DNA from: Sphyrna mokarran
Lineage: Eukaryota
Direction of reading: 5' to 3'
DNA: 64,000 bases
Assembly (NCBI GenBank): GCA_024679065.1
Contig: JAGIQG010000001.1
Location: 118,668,001 to 118,732,000, forward strand
Below the pieces are notes generated by a model. That model made no database searches. It was not told the origin of the DNA and saw only the letters and a program-made list of their open reading frames with translations. Positions 61,806 to 64,000 of this stretch are shown here, in pieces; position 1 is the stretch's first letter; every line of letters starts with the position of its first letter. The position numbers were made by a program, and so were the translations under genes.

Positions 61806-63765
61806 GTCATAGAGATTTACAGCAAGGAAATAGACTCTTTGGCCCAACGTGTCCATGCTGCCCTTTTTTTCAACCAATTCCCTGCATTTGGCCCTTTTCC
61901 TTTTATACCAATCTTATCCATGTAACTGTCTAAATGCATATTAAAAGATAAAATTGTACCCACCTCTACTAGTACCTCAGGCAGCTTGTTCCAGATACTC
62001 ACCACCTTCTGTGTGAAAAAAATGGACTCTTTGTATCTCTCCCCTCTCACTTTAAGCCCATATCTTCTAGTTTTATACTCCCCTACCTTTGGGAAAAGAT
62101 GTTGATTATCTACCTTACCTATGCCCCTCATTACTTTATAGATCTTTATAAGATCACCATAATCCTTCTACGCCCCAGGGAAAAAAAGTCCCAATTTACC
62201 CCGCCTTTCCTTATAACTCAAACCATCAGTCTGGTAGCACCCTAGTAAATTTTTTTTGCACTCTTTCTAGTTTAATAATATCCTTTTTATAATAGGATGA
62301 CCAGATCTGTATACAGTATTTCAAGTGTGGCTTTACTAATGTCTTGCACAACTTCAACAAGACATCCCAGCTTTTGTATTCAATGTTCTGACCAATGAAA
62401 CCAAGCACATCAAATGGTTTCTTCACCACTCTGTCCACCTGTGACTCCACTTTCAAGGAGCTATGAACATATACCCTTAGATCTCTTTGTTCTATCACTC
62501 TCCCCAATGCCCTACCATTAACTAAGTCCTGTCCTAGTTTGATTTACCAAAATGTATCACCTTGCGTTTATCTAAATTGAACTCCACCTGCCATTCATCG
62601 GCCCACTGGTCCAATTGACCAAGATCCCATCGCAATCCTAGATAACATTCTTCACTGTCTACAATGCCATGAATCTTTGATATCATCTGCAAACTTATTA
62701 ACTATGGCTCCTAAATTCTCACTCAAATCATTAAATGACAAATAACAGTGGTCCCGGCACCGATCCCTGAGGCACACTGCTGGTCACAGGCTTCCAATTT
62801 AAAAATAACCCCCGACAACCACTCTCTGTCTTCTGTCATCAAGCCAATTTTGTATCCAATTGGCTACCTCAGCCAGGATCCCTTATGCAATAACCTACCA
62901 TGCGGTACCTTGTCAAAGGCCTTGCTAAAGTCCACACAGACAATGTCGACTGCACAGCCCTCATCTACCTTCTTCATTACCTCTTCAAAAAACACAATCA
63001 AATTCATGAGACGTGATTTTTCCACTCACACGGCCATGCTAATAGTCTTTAATCAATCATTGCTTTTCTAAAAGCAATCTTGTAGATCTTGTCTCTCACA
63101 ATACCTTCTAGCAACTTACCTATTACCCCATTACTGATGTTAGGCTCACTGACCTGTAATTAGAATCATAGAAACTGGACAATGCAGAAAGAGGTCATTC
63201 GGCCCATCGAGTCTGCATTGACAATAAATCACCCAGACTGTATTCCTGTAACCCCACATATCTACCATATTAATCCCCCTGACACTAAGGGGCAATTAAT
63301 CACTGCCGATTCACTTAACTCAGACATTTTTGGACTGTGGCATAAAATCAGAGCACCAGCAGGAAATCCACGCAGACACGGGGGCATATGCAAATTCCAC
63401 ACAGTGATCCAAGACCGAAATTGAACCGGGGTTCCAGGCTTTTTCTTGCAATCCTTCTTAAATAAGGGCAAACAATTTGCTGTCCTCCAATCATCGGGCA
63501 CCTCACCTGTGGCTGTCAATGAATCAAAATACTCTGCTAGGGCATTTGCAATTTCCTCCCTAGCCTCCCACAACATCTTGGGATATATTTCATCAGGTCC
63601 TGGGGATTTATCTATCTTCATGTGCTTTAAGACTTCCAGCAGCTCCTTTTGTATAATATGTACACTCCTCAAGACATCACTACTTCTTTTCGCAAGCTCC
63701 CTAACATCCATACATTTCTCAACAATAAATACTGACCAAAAATATTTATTTAGGATCTCAACTAA
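61806..63765 (-). mobile_element. Long CR1/HER1 LINE ORF2 remnant with an HE1 insertion (63161-63432, -)
   Basis: MKIDKSPGPDEIYPKMLWEAREEIANAL..TGEVPDDWRTAN; LYMDFSKAFDKVPHGRL-like; VPQGSVPGPLL; KFADD; LVKPHLKYCIQIWS..KDIIKLERVQKKFTR; WNKLPE. Confidence 0.95.
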
Positions 63766-64000
63766 TCCTACATATCTTTGAACCTACAAACCTTTGACAC
63801 TAAGGGACAATTTTGCATGGTCAATTCACCAAATCTGCACAATTTTGGATTGTGGATTAAATTCCGGCATTGAGTAACTATCTGTGTAGAATTTGCATGC
63901 TCTTCCTGTGTCTGTGCCGGTTTCTTCCAGGTGCTCCAGTTTTCTCCCACAGTCCAAAGATGTGTGGTTGACTGGCCATGGTAAAGTTGCCACTTAGTGT
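63765..64000. mobile_element. Two HE1 fragments in inverted, divergent orientation
   Basis: 63795-63855 is the antisense of ccacagtccaaagatgtg...cttagtgtc, which recurs in sense at 63947-64000. Confidence 0.8.

Overview
Repeat-rich vertebrate DNA, almost certainly from a cartilaginous fish (shark). The evidence is dozens of HE1-type V-SINE copies, their partner HER1/CR1 LINE, DeuSINE (SacSINE1-like) copies and shark-type Penelope terminal repeats. Nearly all ORFs in the supplied track are retrotransposon fragments (CR1, Rex1/Babar, Tx1, L1, RTE, a second CR1/L2-group family, Penelope) or chance ORFs. The only clear host-gene signal is a CpG-rich promoter at about 13.2-14.3 kb with a probable first coding exon on the minus strand (13565-13645, MASPSSSAASSPQGGGTSPNPPDRIRQ, donor CAG|GTGGGT). 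I could not name the gene. On that reading, 1-13.5 kb is its first intron and the rest is upstream sequence or intron of a longer isoform; a good minus-strand exon candidate lies at 46401-46530. Most interesting non-gene signals: (i) a probable CR1 LINE whose long 3' UTR contains a B-box-less V-SINE, seen in two copies; (ii) many Penelope-type hammerhead ribozyme motifs, best preserved at 46304-46346; (iii) one V-SINE body carrying two different LINE-derived tails, reciprocally nested; (iv) a 1.15-kb fold-back with 170-bp inverted arms enclosing a hAT-like element and a near-consensus CTCF site. Family names come from recalled consensus motifs, not database searches. Boundaries are approximate. 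No CRISPR, rRNA or genuine tRNA gene was seen.
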